Assembly: GCA_945861585.1 (NCBI GenBank) | Contig: CAMAVC010000007.1 | Span: forward strand, 515-64,514 | Direction: 5' to 3' | DNA: 64,000 bases | From: Planctomicrobium piriforme | Lineage (GTDB): Bacteria > Planctomycetota > Planctomycetia > Pirellulales > UBA1268 | Shown: positions 44,587-57,621 of the stretch, piece by piece | Layout of the letters: each line of letters opens with the position of its first letter | How positions within the stretch are numbered: position 1 is the stretch's first letter | Notes under the pieces: generated by a model | Told to the model about the DNA's origin: nothing | What the model saw: the letters and a program-made list of their open reading frames with translations, nothing else | Databases searched by the model: none | Translations under genes and position numbers: made by a program

Positions 44587-45852
44587 CTACCGTGGCTCGG
44601 TGCTCATCACCTGGCCGTCGATCACGACGCCGGTGCAGTGCGTCGTGTATTCGAAGGGGTCGCCGTCGAAGATCGCGATGTCGGCGTCCTTGCCCACTTC
44701 GAGCGAACCGACCCGATCGGCCACGCCGATGATTTTCGCCGCGTCGATCGTGATCGCGGCCAGGGCTTGGGGGAACGACAGGCCGTGGGCCGCGGCGAGG
44801 CCGGCCTCGAAGAGCACGACACGGGTCTTGGGCACGTACGACTCGTAGCCGCTCTGGAGAGCGATGGGGATGCCGGCCTTCGCGAGCGTCGCAGCGGTCT
44901 CGAAGCTCAGGTTTTCGGTTTCGCCGCCGCCGCCGGCACGTCGCATCGTGGGGTGCACGATCACGGGCACCCCTGCCGCCTTGATCTGGTCGGCGAGCAG
45001 GTAGGCCTCGGCAGCCGAGTCGAGCACGACGCGGAGCTGGAATTCGTCGGCGATCCTGAGGGCCGAGGCGATGTCGGTGGCCCGGTCGGCCGTGACGAGG
45101 AGCGGCCAGTCGCGGGCGAGCACGTTCCCGAGCGCTTCGAGCCGGAGGTCGGGGTCGGGGCGTTTCGATTCGTCGGCGAGCTGCCGTTTACGGGCGTACT
45201 CACGGGCTTTTACGAATTCCGCCCGCAGCATCGCCACCGCCTTGCTGCGGGTGCCGGGCGATTTCGTGTCGGCGCCGTCGCCCGTGGCCCGGGCCGAGTC
45301 GCCGAGCGTGGCGGCCACCATCGCCACGGGCCGGAGCACGGCTGCGTCGGCCGTGGTGCCGGCAAGCTTCACCACCATGGTCTGGCCTGCCACGAGCGCC
45401 CCCGGAGCGTGGCCGGTGTGGATCGTCGTGACGCCGAAGCCCCGGAGCCACTCGATGAGCCGCTCCTGCGGGTTGTAGGCGTCGATCGCGCGCAATTCGG
45501 GCTGGATCGCCTCGACAGGGTCGAGCTGGTCTTGGTCTTGCGGCTGATTGAGATAGCCACTCAGGCCGACGACGCTGTGTGCGTCCACCAGGCCGGGCGT
45601 CACGATGGCTCCGCGCAGTTCCCGTGCGTGTGGTGGGATCGGTGTCGTGGCGGCAGCACCGACGGCACGGATTTTCCCTCCCTCGATCACCACCACGCCG
45701 GCGGCGATCGCGGGGCCGGCCATCGTGTGCACCACGTCGCCGCGCACCACGAGCGTCTCGCCGCCGTGGCAGAGGCTCGCCCACGCCAGACACACGCCGC
45801 CGGCAGCGGCAGCCAGATGTCCGAGGTGGATTTCGCGACGGCCACTGCTCAT
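44587..45852 (-). CDS. Secreted amidohydrolase-fold protein with degenerate metal site
   Basis: PGLVDAHSV, GSLEVGKDAD; ATGA overlap with the upstream paralog. Confidence 0.88.
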   Translation of the reverse strand: MSSGRREIHLGHLAAAAGGVCLAWASLCHGGETLVVRGDVVHTMAGPAIAAGVVVIEGGKIRAVGAAATTPIPPHARELRGAIVTPGLVDAHSVVGLSGYLNQPQDQDQLDPVEAIQPELRAIDAYNPQERLIEWLRGFGVTTIHTGHAPGALVAGQTMVVKLAGTTADAAVLRPVAMVAATLGDSARATGDGADTKSPGTRSKAVAMLRAEFVKAREYARKRQLADESKRPDPDLRLEALGNVLARDWPLLVTADRATDIASALRIADEFQLRVVLDSAAEAYLLADQIKAAGVPVIVHPTMRRAGGGGETENLSFETAATLAKAGIPIALQSGYESYVPKTRVVLFEAGLAAAHGLSFPQALAAITIDAAKIIGVADRVGSLEVGKDADIAIFDGDPFEYTTHCTGVVIDGQVMSTEPR

Positions 45853-47174
45853 CGCATCGCCCCCACCTTCGTCGGCCCGTTGCAGCACGATTCGGCCCGC
45901 TGGTCGCGGCTGGCGCCGAATCCGCCCACGGCAAACAGACGGTCTTCGGGATCGTCGCGGTCGAACACCTTTTGGCCCTGCACGTAGGTCTGCAGCACCT
46001 TCGTGTGCGTGCTCAACGGGTCGCCCGAAAGCACGACGAGATCAGCGTCTTTGCCGACCTCGAGCGAGCCGATCCGGTCGTGCAGGCCGAGCATCTTCGC
46101 GCCGGCGAGCGTGAGGGCTTCGAGGGCCTTGCCGCGGGTCATGCCGGCCCGCACGGCGAGGGCCGCGGTGCGCAGGAACAGGCGCGAGTCGGTGACCGGG
46201 TCGTCGGTATGGATCGCGCAGGGCACGCCCGCCTCCTCGAGGACGGCGCCGGTGACGAGCGAGAAATCGGCCGCCTCGATCTTTCCTCCCGGGCTGTCGA
46301 GCACGATCACGGAGCAGCCGACACCGGCCCGTGCGATCTCGGGGGCCACCTTCCAGGCTTCGCTCACGTGGTGCAGCACGGCTTCGAACCCGAATTCCTC
46401 GCGCAGACGCAGGACCGTGATGATGTCGTCGGCGCGGTGGCAGTGGTGGTGCACGATCTTCCGTTTCTCGAGGACATCGACGAGGGCCTCGAGTTCGAGG
46501 TCACGATCGGGGAGCTTCTCGGTGTCGCCCCCTGCCTTGGCGAGCTTGTCCCGATACGCGATCGCCTTGACGAATTTCTGCCGGACGATGGCAGCCGCCT
46601 TGCCGCGGGTGCCCGGAAACGGCGGGTCGCGCTGCGAGTTCGTGCCGTTGGCCATCTTGAGGCCGCCGAGCGGACGGCCGCCGGCATCGCGGTAGAGGAT
46701 GTCGTCGATCGTGGCGGCCTTGCGGAGTTTCACGTACACCGTTTGTCCGCTCGCGAGGTGGCCGGAGCCGGGCATGATGTTGAGCGTCGTCAGGCCGCCG
46801 GCAAGGCACTTGCGGAATCCCACGTCGTGCACGTTGATCGAGTCGAGGATGCGGACGTCGGGCTGCACGGGGCCGCTCGCATCACCCCCCTGCCCGCCAC
46901 CGACGTGGCTGTGCGTATCGACGAGCCCCGGCATGATCACGAGACCGCCCGCGTCGACCCGCGTGGCGTCGGCCGGGATGGAGACCGCATCCACCGGGCC
47001 CACCGCGGCGATCGTGCCGCCGCGGATCAAGAGCGTGCCGGCTGCGATCTCTGGCTGTCCGACCGGGATCAGGCGGGCACCGACGAATGCGGTGCAGGGG
47101 TCGGCTGCTCGCGCCGTGAAGGCGGGAACGCAGGCGAAAGCAACAGCGAGACCGATGGCCCAGAGTGTTTGCAC
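45849..47174 (-). CDS. Secreted metal-dependent amidohydrolase
   Basis: PGLVDTHSH, HCH, LHH, HTDD, GSLEVGKDAD; GTG start approximate. Confidence 0.9.
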   Translation of the reverse strand: MQTLWAIGLAVAFACVPAFTARAADPCTAFVGARLIPVGQPEIAAGTLLIRGGTIAAVGPVDAVSIPADATRVDAGGLVIMPGLVDTHSHVGGGQGGDASGPVQPDVRILDSINVHDVGFRKCLAGGLTTLNIMPGSGHLASGQTVYVKLRKAATIDDILYRDAGGRPLGGLKMANGTNSQRDPPFPGTRGKAAAIVRQKFVKAIAYRDKLAKAGGDTEKLPDRDLELEALVDVLEKRKIVHHHCHRADDIITVLRLREEFGFEAVLHHVSEAWKVAPEIARAGVGCSVIVLDSPGGKIEAADFSLVTGAVLEEAGVPCAIHTDDPVTDSRLFLRTAALAVRAGMTRGKALEALTLAGAKMLGLHDRIGSLEVGKDADLVVLSGDPLSTHTKVLQTYVQGQKVFDRDDPEDRLFAVGGFGASRDQRAESCCNGPTKVGAMR

Positions 47175-47181
47175 CACCGAA

Positions 47182-47613
47182 TTATCGGCGGGCCTCGGCG
47201 GCCCGCACAAGTGCCCGGGCAGTCTGGACGGCTCGCAGCTTCGCATCGATCGCCTCGTCGCCGGCAGCCACTTCGCCGGAAGCCTTCGCGAGATCGGCCC
47301 GGGCGGCGGCCACATCGACCTTCTCCACGGGCAACGCTCGCTGCGTGATCACCGTGACCTGGTCGTGCGCCACCTCCACGAAGCCGCCCTCGACGAACAG
47401 CCGGCGGTCCGCATCGGCAGGCCCGCCCTGCTCTCCCACGATCCGCACCTCACCGGCGCCGAGACGGCCGATGAACGGGGAGTGGCCGTGGGATACCCCC
47501 CGCAGCCCGTCGAACAGTGGCAGCATGACCGAGCGGGCCTGGGTATCGAGGCTCGTCTGCTCGGGCGTGACGATCACGCAGCGCACCGTGTCGGACTGTT
47601 TCTGATTTGCCAT
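47182..47613 (-). CDS. atpC: ATP synthase epsilon subunit
   Basis: IVTPE, GHSP, VEGGFVEV; last gene of the operon. Confidence 0.92.
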   Translation of the reverse strand: MANQKQSDTVRCVIVTPEQTSLDTQARSVMLPLFDGLRGVSHGHSPFIGRLGAGEVRIVGEQGGPADADRRLFVEGGFVEVAHDQVTVITQRALPVEKVDVAAARADLAKASGEVAAGDEAIDAKLRAVQTARALVRAAEARR

Positions 47614-47639
47614 GGGTGGTTCCGTCGACGTCGTGAGGC

Positions 47640-49100
<1,461 letters not shown>

Positions 49101-49172
49101 TCAAAGTTTGAGTGTTTTGACGCGCGTGGTTCGATGTGCCGGGGAATGGGGGCTGCCGCGGTGTTGATCGAG

Positions 49173-50054
49173 CTATTTTTTCAGGGCTTCGACGCCCCCA
49201 AGGATCTCCATGATCTCACCGGTAATCTGGCTTTGTCTGGCTCGGTTGTACTGCCGCGACAGGCTCTTGATCAGGCCGCCGGCGTTCTCCGTGGCGGCCT
49301 TCATCGCCACCATCCGGGCCACCTGCTCGCTCACGGCCGCATCCAGAAAGCACTTGAAGAGCCGCGACAAAAAGCTCGCCGGCAAAATCTCTTCGAGGAT
49401 GCTCGCCGCCGAGGGATAGAAGTCGTAGTCGTCGGACGCCAGCGTCGCGGCGGCCGTGGTGGCCGTGGCCTGCGGCGGCGCCAGAGGCAGGAGCGTCTCG
49501 GTGACGGCCTGCTGGCGGGCGATCGAGTCGAACTTCGTGTACACCACGTCGAGCCGGTCGATATCGCCCGCGGAATACGCCTCCAAGTAGGCCCGCCCGA
49601 TCGGCGCCACGGCGGCGAACTCCGGCTTGTCTTCGAACGTCGTGTACGGCTCGGCGATCTCGACGCCACGGAATTTGAGCGCCGAAATGCCCCGCTTGCC
49701 CGACACGCTCACGTGGGCCGGCACCTGCTCGCTCTTCCACTGCCCGAGCAGGGCGACGCCCTGGCGGACGACGTTGGAGTTGTACCCGCCGCAGAGGCCG
49801 CGGTTGCCGCTGAGCACGAGCACCGCCGTCCGCTTTGTCGGACGGATCTCGAGCAGCGGGTGGGCCACGTCGGCGCCCACGCTTGCGATGTTGCCGAGGA
49901 TCTTCGCCAGATGCTTGGTGTAGTCGCGGGCAGCCACCGACCGGTCCATCGCTTTCTTGAAGCGGGCGGTGGCGATCAGTTCCATTGTGCGCGTGATCTT
50001 CCGGATGTTCCTCACGGATTTCCGGCGGCGATCGAGTGCCCTGGCTTTTGCCAT
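49173..50054 (-). CDS. atpG: ATP synthase gamma subunit
   Basis: KITRTMELIA, RGLCG, NRARQSQITGEI. Confidence 0.97.
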   Translation of the reverse strand: MAKARALDRRRKSVRNIRKITRTMELIATARFKKAMDRSVAARDYTKHLAKILGNIASVGADVAHPLLEIRPTKRTAVLVLSGNRGLCGGYNSNVVRQGVALLGQWKSEQVPAHVSVSGKRGISALKFRGVEIAEPYTTFEDKPEFAAVAPIGRAYLEAYSAGDIDRLDVVYTKFDSIARQQAVTETLLPLAPPQATATTAAATLASDDYDFYPSAASILEEILPASFLSRLFKCFLDAAVSEQVARMVAMKAATENAGGLIKSLSRQYNRARQSQITGEIMEILGGVEALKK

Positions 50055-50091
50055 CGTGTGCGACCTACGGCGTGGGGGTGTGGATCCTTGC

Positions 50092-51623
<1,532 letters not shown>

Positions 51624-51636
<13 letters not shown>

Positions 51637-52253
51637 GTGTACTCCCCGTTTTGGATGGCGTGGATGTTTCGCTGCTGGAGGCAACCGCTGAGCCTGGTCA
51701 GGCTCGTGGCCACCGACTGGTCGTAGATGGTGTCGCCGATGCGGACGACGAGGCCGCCGATGATGGTGGGATCGACGACGAATGACGGCTTCAAGCGGGC
51801 CGAGAGCCCCTTCTCGACGTCGGCCACGATCCGCGCCTGCTCCTCGGCACCGAGGGCGACCGCCGTCGTGAGCGTCGCCTGCTGCCGGCCTGCCCGCTCG
51901 TCGGCGAGGCGTTCCGCGGCGGCTACGACCAGCGACAAAATGCCGAGGCGTCCGTGACGGGCGAGCACGTGGAGGGCGTTGACCGTGGTGGGCACCAAGC
52001 GTCCTTTGCCCAGCTTGTCGATCAGCGCCGCCTTCTGCTCAGCCGGAATCTTCGGAGACGCGAACACCGCCCGGGCCTCGGGCACCTTCGGCAGCACATC
52101 GCGGGCGAGGGCCGCAAGTTCCGCAAGCACGGTGTCGGTGCACTTCGCCGTGTCGGCCGCCTCGAGAATCGCCTGCGCGTAGACCTTGGCCACGCGGTCG
52201 GCCGCGATGTCGACGTGAGCGGCTTCGCTTTCGTGAGTGCTGGATCGGGACAT
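51624..52253 (-). CDS. atpH: ATP synthase delta subunit
   Basis: [22 protein letters not shown]. Confidence 0.93.
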
Positions 52254-52285
52254 GAAACCTTCGGTCTGCGGGGTCGGGAGACGGC

Positions 52286-52930
52286 TCAGTTCACGCTCGG
52301 GCGGCTGGAGAGGCTGGCGACCGACTCCCGCACCAGCCGGGCCTGGTCGTCGTTGCCCAGTTTGTCGCGGAGAAACTTCCCGGCCACCTCGACGGCCAGC
52401 CGGCCCGCCTTCTCGGCGATCTGCGACAGTGCGTCATCTTTGGCCAACTGGATCTCGTGCTTCGCCCGGGCTTTCTCGTCGTCAGCCGCCTTGCGGGCTT
52501 CGGCGACGATCGCCTGGCGGGTGTTGTCGGCGTCGCGGCGGGCTTCTTCGAGCATGCCGCGAACCTCCTCGGAGGCTTCGGCCAGCCGCCGCTCGTACGA
52601 CGCCAGCATCCGCCGCGCCTCTTCGTTGGAGGCCTTCGTCTCGGCGATCTGCCGGAGGATTCCTTCCTCCCGTTTTTCGAGCCCCTGCATGATCGGCTTC
52701 CAGGCGAACTTCGTGAGCAGGCCGAGCAGGCCGAGGAACACCGCAAACGACCACACGGCCAGATCGGTCTGGAACCACGCCGGGCTCTCGAAGTCTTTCT
52801 GGCTCACCCCCGCCGGGGCGTTATGGCCGATTTCCGGACCGTGGCCGTGCGCGTCGCTGGCCGATGCGGCACCGGCGGGCAGGAGCGCCACAGCCAGGCA
52901 CAGAGCTCGAAGACAGGCGGTCGTGTTCAT
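52286..52930 (-). CDS. atpF: ATP synthase b subunit with N-terminal extension
   Basis: KFAWKPIMQGLEKRE plus coiled coil. Confidence 0.93.
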   Translation of the reverse strand: MNTTACLRALCLAVALLPAGAASASDAHGHGPEIGHNAPAGVSQKDFESPAWFQTDLAVWSFAVFLGLLGLLTKFAWKPIMQGLEKREEGILRQIAETKASNEEARRMLASYERRLAEASEEVRGMLEEARRDADNTRQAIVAEARKAADDEKARAKHEIQLAKDDALSQIAEKAGRLAVEVAGKFLRDKLGNDDQARLVRESVASLSSRPSVN

Positions 52931-53016
52931 GGGAGACTCCGCGGGCGAGACGATGTCGGAAGAATCGGGGACTGGTGCCGGAAACGTCGGTTTCCCGGTA
53001 AATCGACGCTTCATCG

Positions 53017-53062
53017 CCGTGGGAAGACGGGGTGCGGACACCGCACCCAGTCTTCTCGACGG
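53017..53062 (-). other. Strong stem-loop between atpE and atpF
   Basis: GAAGAC-GGGGTGCGG-ACA-CCGCACCC-A-GTCTTC. Confidence 0.6.
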
Positions 53063-53105
53063 ATCACCAGCCGGCCGGACGAGGTCCGCTCCAGCCGGTC
53101 AAGAC

Positions 53106-53420
53106 TCAGGCCTTCTGCGAGCAGATGAACAGCGCGTAAAAGGTGAAGCCTTCGATGAGGGCCGCCGCGATGATCATCGCGGTCTGGATGCTGCCCGCCA
53201 CTTCCGGCTGACGCGACATCCCTTCGTAGGCGGCCGACGCCAGCTTGCTGATGCCGTAGGCGGCGCCGATGACCACGAGGCCCACGCTGAAGGCCGACGT
53301 GAGGTCGATCAGCGAGCGGCCGGCGGCTTCTTGGGCGCTGGCCACGTCGGCGCAGAAGAAAGCGACGGCGACGGCGGCAACGGTGACGAGCGAGCGGGTC
53401 GAGAACAGGGATCGGATCAT
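53106..53420 (-). CDS. atpE: ATP synthase c subunit
   Basis: RQPE loop, AALIEG carboxylate. Confidence 0.95.
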   Translation of the reverse strand: MIRSLFSTRSLVTVAAVAVAFFCADVASAQEAAGRSLIDLTSAFSVGLVVIGAAYGISKLASAAYEGMSRQPEVAGSIQTAMIIAAALIEGFTFYALFICSQKA

Positions 53421-53513
53421 CACTGGATCAAGCTCCTTGAAATACGAGGGACCGAACGGGTGTCCGGAGGGAAACGGAAAATCGAAACGAAGTCGGATGC
53501 GATGGCGGCAAGC

Positions 53514-54569
53514 CTAATGCTGGTGTACCGCCGCGCCAATGAAGAGTGCGGAAAGAAAGGTGAAAATGTAGGCCTGGAGGAACGCGACGAAGAGTTCGAG
53601 CACGCTGAACAGCGTGCTGCTCACGACGCTGATGCCGGTGACGGTGGCCCACAGCCCCATCGAATAGGTGGCCGCCGCCGAAATCAGCCCCATGATGCCG
53701 AGCAGCACGAGGTGGCCGGCCACCATGTTGGCCAGGAGCCGGACCGCGAGGATCAGGTGCTTGATGCACAGGCCCAGCATCTCGATCGCGAAGATCATCG
53801 GCTTGAGAAGAATCGCCAGCGGCAGCGGCAGATCCATCGAGGGCACCTGGTTCTTGAAAAACCCGAAGAAGCCAAACTTCAGCATGCCGGCCACGATCAC
53901 GCTCAGGAACGTGACTCCGGCCAGCGCGAGCGTGACCGAGAACGACGCCGTGGGCGAGCCGGCCCAGGGCAGCATGCCGAGCAGGTTGCAGCCCAACACG
54001 AAGAAGAAGAGTGTGAGCAACAGGGGTACGAAACGGTCGCCGTCGTGCACCTCACGATGGACATGCACCGCCGGGCCGCCGGCGCCCGCGAGGGCGACGT
54101 CGCCGTGCCCGTGGTGAGCATGCTCGTCGTGGGCGCCGTGGTCTCCATGGCCGTGGTCGTGGCTGTCGATCGCCGGCCGCGCGATCTGGTCGCGCACGAA
54201 GAGGATCATCGCCTCGAACAGGTTCGCGAACGCGCCCCTTGCCGGCTCGCCGGACTGGAGTCGCTTCGCGAGCCGGCTGAAGAGCAACAGCAGCACAGCC
54301 CCCAGCAGCAGTTCGAGCAGCATGTATTTGGAGATGCAGAAGCCGCTCTTTTTTTCGTACAGGCTGTCGAGCGTGCCGAACGGCTGCGGGATCAGGATCT
54401 TGCCGTCCATCGCCTGGTTGAACTCGGCGACGTCCGTGATGTCGGGGCGGGGTTCCCGGAGGAACGCGGGCACGTCGTCGAGCGACCGCCAGCCTTGGCG
54501 CCAAAACGCCTTGGGGACCTCGAAGTAGTACGCGTCCTTGAGGTGGTAGATCGGGTTGTGGTCGGACAT
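53514..54569 (-). CDS. atpB: ATP synthase a subunit with His-rich insertion
   Basis: NLLGMLP, LAVRLLANMVAGH, LQAYIF. Confidence 0.96.
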   Translation of the reverse strand: MSDHNPIYHLKDAYYFEVPKAFWRQGWRSLDDVPAFLREPRPDITDVAEFNQAMDGKILIPQPFGTLDSLYEKKSGFCISKYMLLELLLGAVLLLLFSRLAKRLQSGEPARGAFANLFEAMILFVRDQIARPAIDSHDHGHGDHGAHDEHAHHGHGDVALAGAGGPAVHVHREVHDGDRFVPLLLTLFFFVLGCNLLGMLPWAGSPTASFSVTLALAGVTFLSVIVAGMLKFGFFGFFKNQVPSMDLPLPLAILLKPMIFAIEMLGLCIKHLILAVRLLANMVAGHLVLLGIMGLISAAATYSMGLWATVTGISVVSSTLFSVLELFVAFLQAYIFTFLSALFIGAAVHQH

Positions 54570-54654
54570 CGCGAAAATCGTTCCTCACGGACCTGCGCGG
54601 GGGCCGATCGGCCGCCCTCGAGCCGCCGAGTGTGCGGGATCGGCACGCGCGCCG

Positions 54655-55083
54655 TCAATTCGCGTCGGTGCCGCCGCGGCGCCGGGCCCCTGCCCGCCCA
54701 CGTATGATCATTCGAATCACTTCGGCCGCAAGCGCGGCCAGATAAAAAACGACGAGAAATTCTCCGGCGCCCGCATCCGCCAGCGCCCGCCCGCCCGTCT
54801 GCAGCCACGCCAGGGCCACGAGCGCGGGCGCGAGCCGCAGGCTCGTCGCTGCCAGAGGCGCGGTCACGCGGCCTGCGGGGCTCGTCGAGCGAACCTGGCC
54901 GACGGCCCAGGCCGCCGCACATCCCAGGCCGCAGACGCCGGCCGCAAAGGCCACTGCCCGGCCCCGGCCGGGAGTCGCCGGGCTCGCGACGACCGCCACG
55001 ACCGCGAGGACGGCCACCACCGCCAACGGCACGCCGATCCCTGCCGCCGCAGAGCCTTCAGGTGCCTGACGGATTTCGTTCAT
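54655..55083 (-). CDS. AtpI-like four-TM membrane protein
   Basis: Hydrophobic ORF directly upstream of atpB; ATGA overlap with the preceding gene. Confidence 0.6.
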   Translation of the reverse strand: MNEIRQAPEGSAAAGIGVPLAVVAVLAVVAVVASPATPGRGRAVAFAAGVCGLGCAAAWAVGQVRSTSPAGRVTAPLAATSLRLAPALVALAWLQTGGRALADAGAGEFLVVFYLAALAAEVIRMIIRGRAGARRRGGTDAN

Positions 55084-55304
55084 CGTGTGCGCCGGCCTGG
55101 GCCGCCCCTCAAGCGAGCGAGGATGGCGATCGCCACGGCGAACCCGGCGACCAAGCCCACCGGCCCGAGCCATGTCGTCGCGAGCCTGGTGTCGAGCCAG
55201 GTGCCCAGGACCCCCGGGAGAAACATCGTCAGGCCGATCGCGATGATGCGGGCAGCCCAGCCCATCGCCTCGCCGATCGAAGACTCCTCTGGTCGCTGGC
55301 CCAT
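55080..55304 (-). CDS. AtpZ/AtpI (gene 1) family protein
   Basis: LGTWLD..L.T motif, two TM helices, first gene of the operon. Confidence 0.75.
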   Translation of the reverse strand: MGQRPEESSIGEAMGWAARIIAIGLTMFLPGVLGTWLDTRLATTWLGPVGLVAGFAVAIAILARLRGGPGRRTR

Positions 55305-55395
55305 GCCGCGAGAATACCTCGCGTCGCGGCTTTTCGCCGGGGGTCCGTGCGGCGTTCGACCCCGGCCCGCCCGGGCCGGTATCGTTGAGGGCAGT

Positions 55396-56490
55396 ATGGC
55401 CACTCGCAAACACCGCCGCCGCCGCCGTCGGGTCCCTCGGCATGGCGCTGCTCCCCTGCCGGCCGACGCCCTGCCCTCCGGCCAGCCCACCGTGCTGCGG
55501 CTCGTGGCGTGCGACGGGTCGACGACGGAGGAATCCACGGTGGTCGCGCCCCAGGAGCTGACGATCGCCCGGGAGAAGTGGCCCGTCGTCTGGCTCGATG
55601 TCGATGGCTTCGGCGATGCCGCGCTGATTCGGGCCGTCGGCCAGGTGTTCGAGATCGGTGACCTCGCCCTCGAGGACGCGGTCACCCCGGACGAGCGGCC
55701 CAAGGTGGAGGTCTTCGGCCACCAGGTGCTGATCGCCGTGCGGATGGCCCGCTTCGACGGCGAGGCGATCGTCACCGATCCGATGGCGATCTTTTTGGGC
55801 GACCGCTACGTGATCACGTTTCACGATCGCACCGTGCCCGACGGGTTCGCCAGCGTGCGCGAGCGAATTCGCAACGGCCGCACACGGCTCGGGCAGCTCG
55901 GGGCCGACCACCTCTGCGCGATGCTCCTCGACGCCGTGATCGACGGCTATTTTCCGGTGCTCGAGCAGTTCGGCGACCGTCTCGAAACGATCGAGGAGGA
56001 GGCGCTCGACAACCCGACCCGAGACCTGCTCGGGCGGATCCACGATGTGCGGACCGATCTCATGGCCCTGCGCCGCGCGCTCTGGCCGACCCGCGACGTG
56101 CTCCATGCCCTGGGCCGGGAGTCAACGGCCTTCGTGGGCGATCACGCCCGGCAGCACTTCCGCGACAGCTACGACCACACGATGGAACTGCTCGACCTCA
56201 CCGAGGGCTACCGCGAGATCGGCAGCGATCTCCGCGACATCTACCTGGCGAGCATCAACAACCGCATGAACGACGTGATGAAGGTGCTCACCGTGATCGC
56301 CACCGTCTTCATGCCGCTGACGTTCATCACCGGCTACTACGGCATGAACTTCGACACGAACTCCCCGTGGAACATGCCGCTGCTCACGTTTCGCTATGGC
56401 TCGCTCGTGGCGCTCTCGATCATGGCGGCGACGACGATCGGCATGGTCGTGTTTTTCTGGCGCCGCGGCTGGCTCCGCCGTTGGCATTAG
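55396..56490 (+). CDS. corA: Mg/Co transporter CorA
   Basis: LALED, RPKVE, MNDVMKVLT, YGMNF, MP.L. Confidence 0.95.
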   Translation: MATRKHRRRRRRVPRHGAAPLPADALPSGQPTVLRLVACDGSTTEESTVVAPQELTIAREKWPVVWLDVDGFGDAALIRAVGQVFEIGDLALEDAVTPDERPKVEVFGHQVLIAVRMARFDGEAIVTDPMAIFLGDRYVITFHDRTVPDGFASVRERIRNGRTRLGQLGADHLCAMLLDAVIDGYFPVLEQFGDRLETIEEEALDNPTRDLLGRIHDVRTDLMALRRALWPTRDVLHALGRESTAFVGDHARQHFRDSYDHTMELLDLTEGYREIGSDLRDIYLASINNRMNDVMKVLTVIATVFMPLTFITGYYGMNFDTNSPWNMPLLTFRYGSLVALSIMAATTIGMVVFFWRRGWLRRWH

Positions 56491-56493
56491 GGT

Positions 56494-57576
56494 TCACGCG
56501 CGGCCAAGGAGGAAATATGTGCGCAGCGTGCCCTTGCCCTTCACGGGGATTTCGCCGCGGTCGGCGAAGCGGAAGGCGTCGCCGAGGAGATCGCGGGTGG
56601 CCTGTGAGACGTGAATCCGCGAGGGCTCGCCGTGCGACTCCATACGGCTCGCGAGGTTCACCGTGTCGCCCCACAGGTCGTAGCTGAACTTGTGGCGGCC
56701 GATCACTCCGGCGGCGACGGGCCCCGAGTGGACGCCGATGCGGAGTTCCATGGCGAGGCCGCGGGCGCGCATCACGCCGCGAAATGCCTCCTGCATGCCG
56801 AGGGCCATGGCTGCCACCGCTTCGGCATGGTCGTCTCGCGGCACCGGCAGCCCGGCGACGGCCATGTAGGCGTCGCCGATCGTCTTGATCTTTTCCACGC
56901 CGTGGGCCCGGGCGAGGTGGTCGAACGTGGAGAATATCTCGTCGAGGATCGCCACCAGGTGTCGGGCATCGACGTGCTGGGAAAACTCCGTGAAGCCCGC
57001 GAGGTCAGCGAACAGCACGGTCACGCAGGCGAAGCTTTCCGCGATCGAGGCCTCGCCGTTCTTGAGCCGTTCGGCCACTTTTTCGGGCAGGATATTGAGG
57101 AGCAGCCGCTCCGATTTCTCCTGCTCGCGCCTGAGGTCGGCGAGCGATCGCTCCAGGGCCTCGAAGGCGGCGTTCCGCTCGAGGAGCCGCTGATAGGCGT
57201 CGGAGTGCACCCGGATGCGGGCGATGAGTTCGACCGGGTCGGGCAGCTTCACGAGGTAGTCGTTGGCGCCGGCGTCGAGGAGCTGGGCCTTCACCACGGC
57301 CTCTTCCTTGGCCGAGAGCACGATCACCGGCACCTGTGCCGTGGCAGCGACCGAGCGAAACCGCCGCACCATGTCGAGGCCGTCGATTCCCGGCATCACG
57401 AGATCCTGCAGGATCAGCGTGGGCCGGAAGGCCGCAGCCGAATCCATGGCCGCGTCGGCGTCGCGGCAGAACTCGAAAGCGACGTCCGGCTGGTCGGCGA
57501 GCATACGCCGCACCGCCTCGCCGATCATTGCCTGATCGTCAACAAGCAGGACGCGGTGCCGGGCAGCGTCAGCCAT
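56494..57576 (-). CDS. Receiver-domain class III adenylate/guanylate cyclase
   Basis: REC domain, LLLNILP, FADLAGFT, KTIGDAY, GDTVNLASRME. Confidence 0.93.
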   Translation of the reverse strand: MADAARHRVLLVDDQAMIGEAVRRMLADQPDVAFEFCRDADAAMDSAAAFRPTLILQDLVMPGIDGLDMVRRFRSVAATAQVPVIVLSAKEEAVVKAQLLDAGANDYLVKLPDPVELIARIRVHSDAYQRLLERNAAFEALERSLADLRREQEKSERLLLNILPEKVAERLKNGEASIAESFACVTVLFADLAGFTEFSQHVDARHLVAILDEIFSTFDHLARAHGVEKIKTIGDAYMAVAGLPVPRDDHAEAVAAMALGMQEAFRGVMRARGLAMELRIGVHSGPVAAGVIGRHKFSYDLWGDTVNLASRMESHGEPSRIHVSQATRDLLGDAFRFADRGEIPVKGKGTLRTYFLLGRA

Positions 57577-57621
57577 TGGAACACAAGGGAGAAACACCCG
57601 GCACATGAGGGCCGAGGAGGT

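Noticed and set aside
55396-55440. Poly-Arg N-terminus of CorA as a Tat signal
   Set aside because: No hydrophobic h-region; basic N-termini are common in CorA
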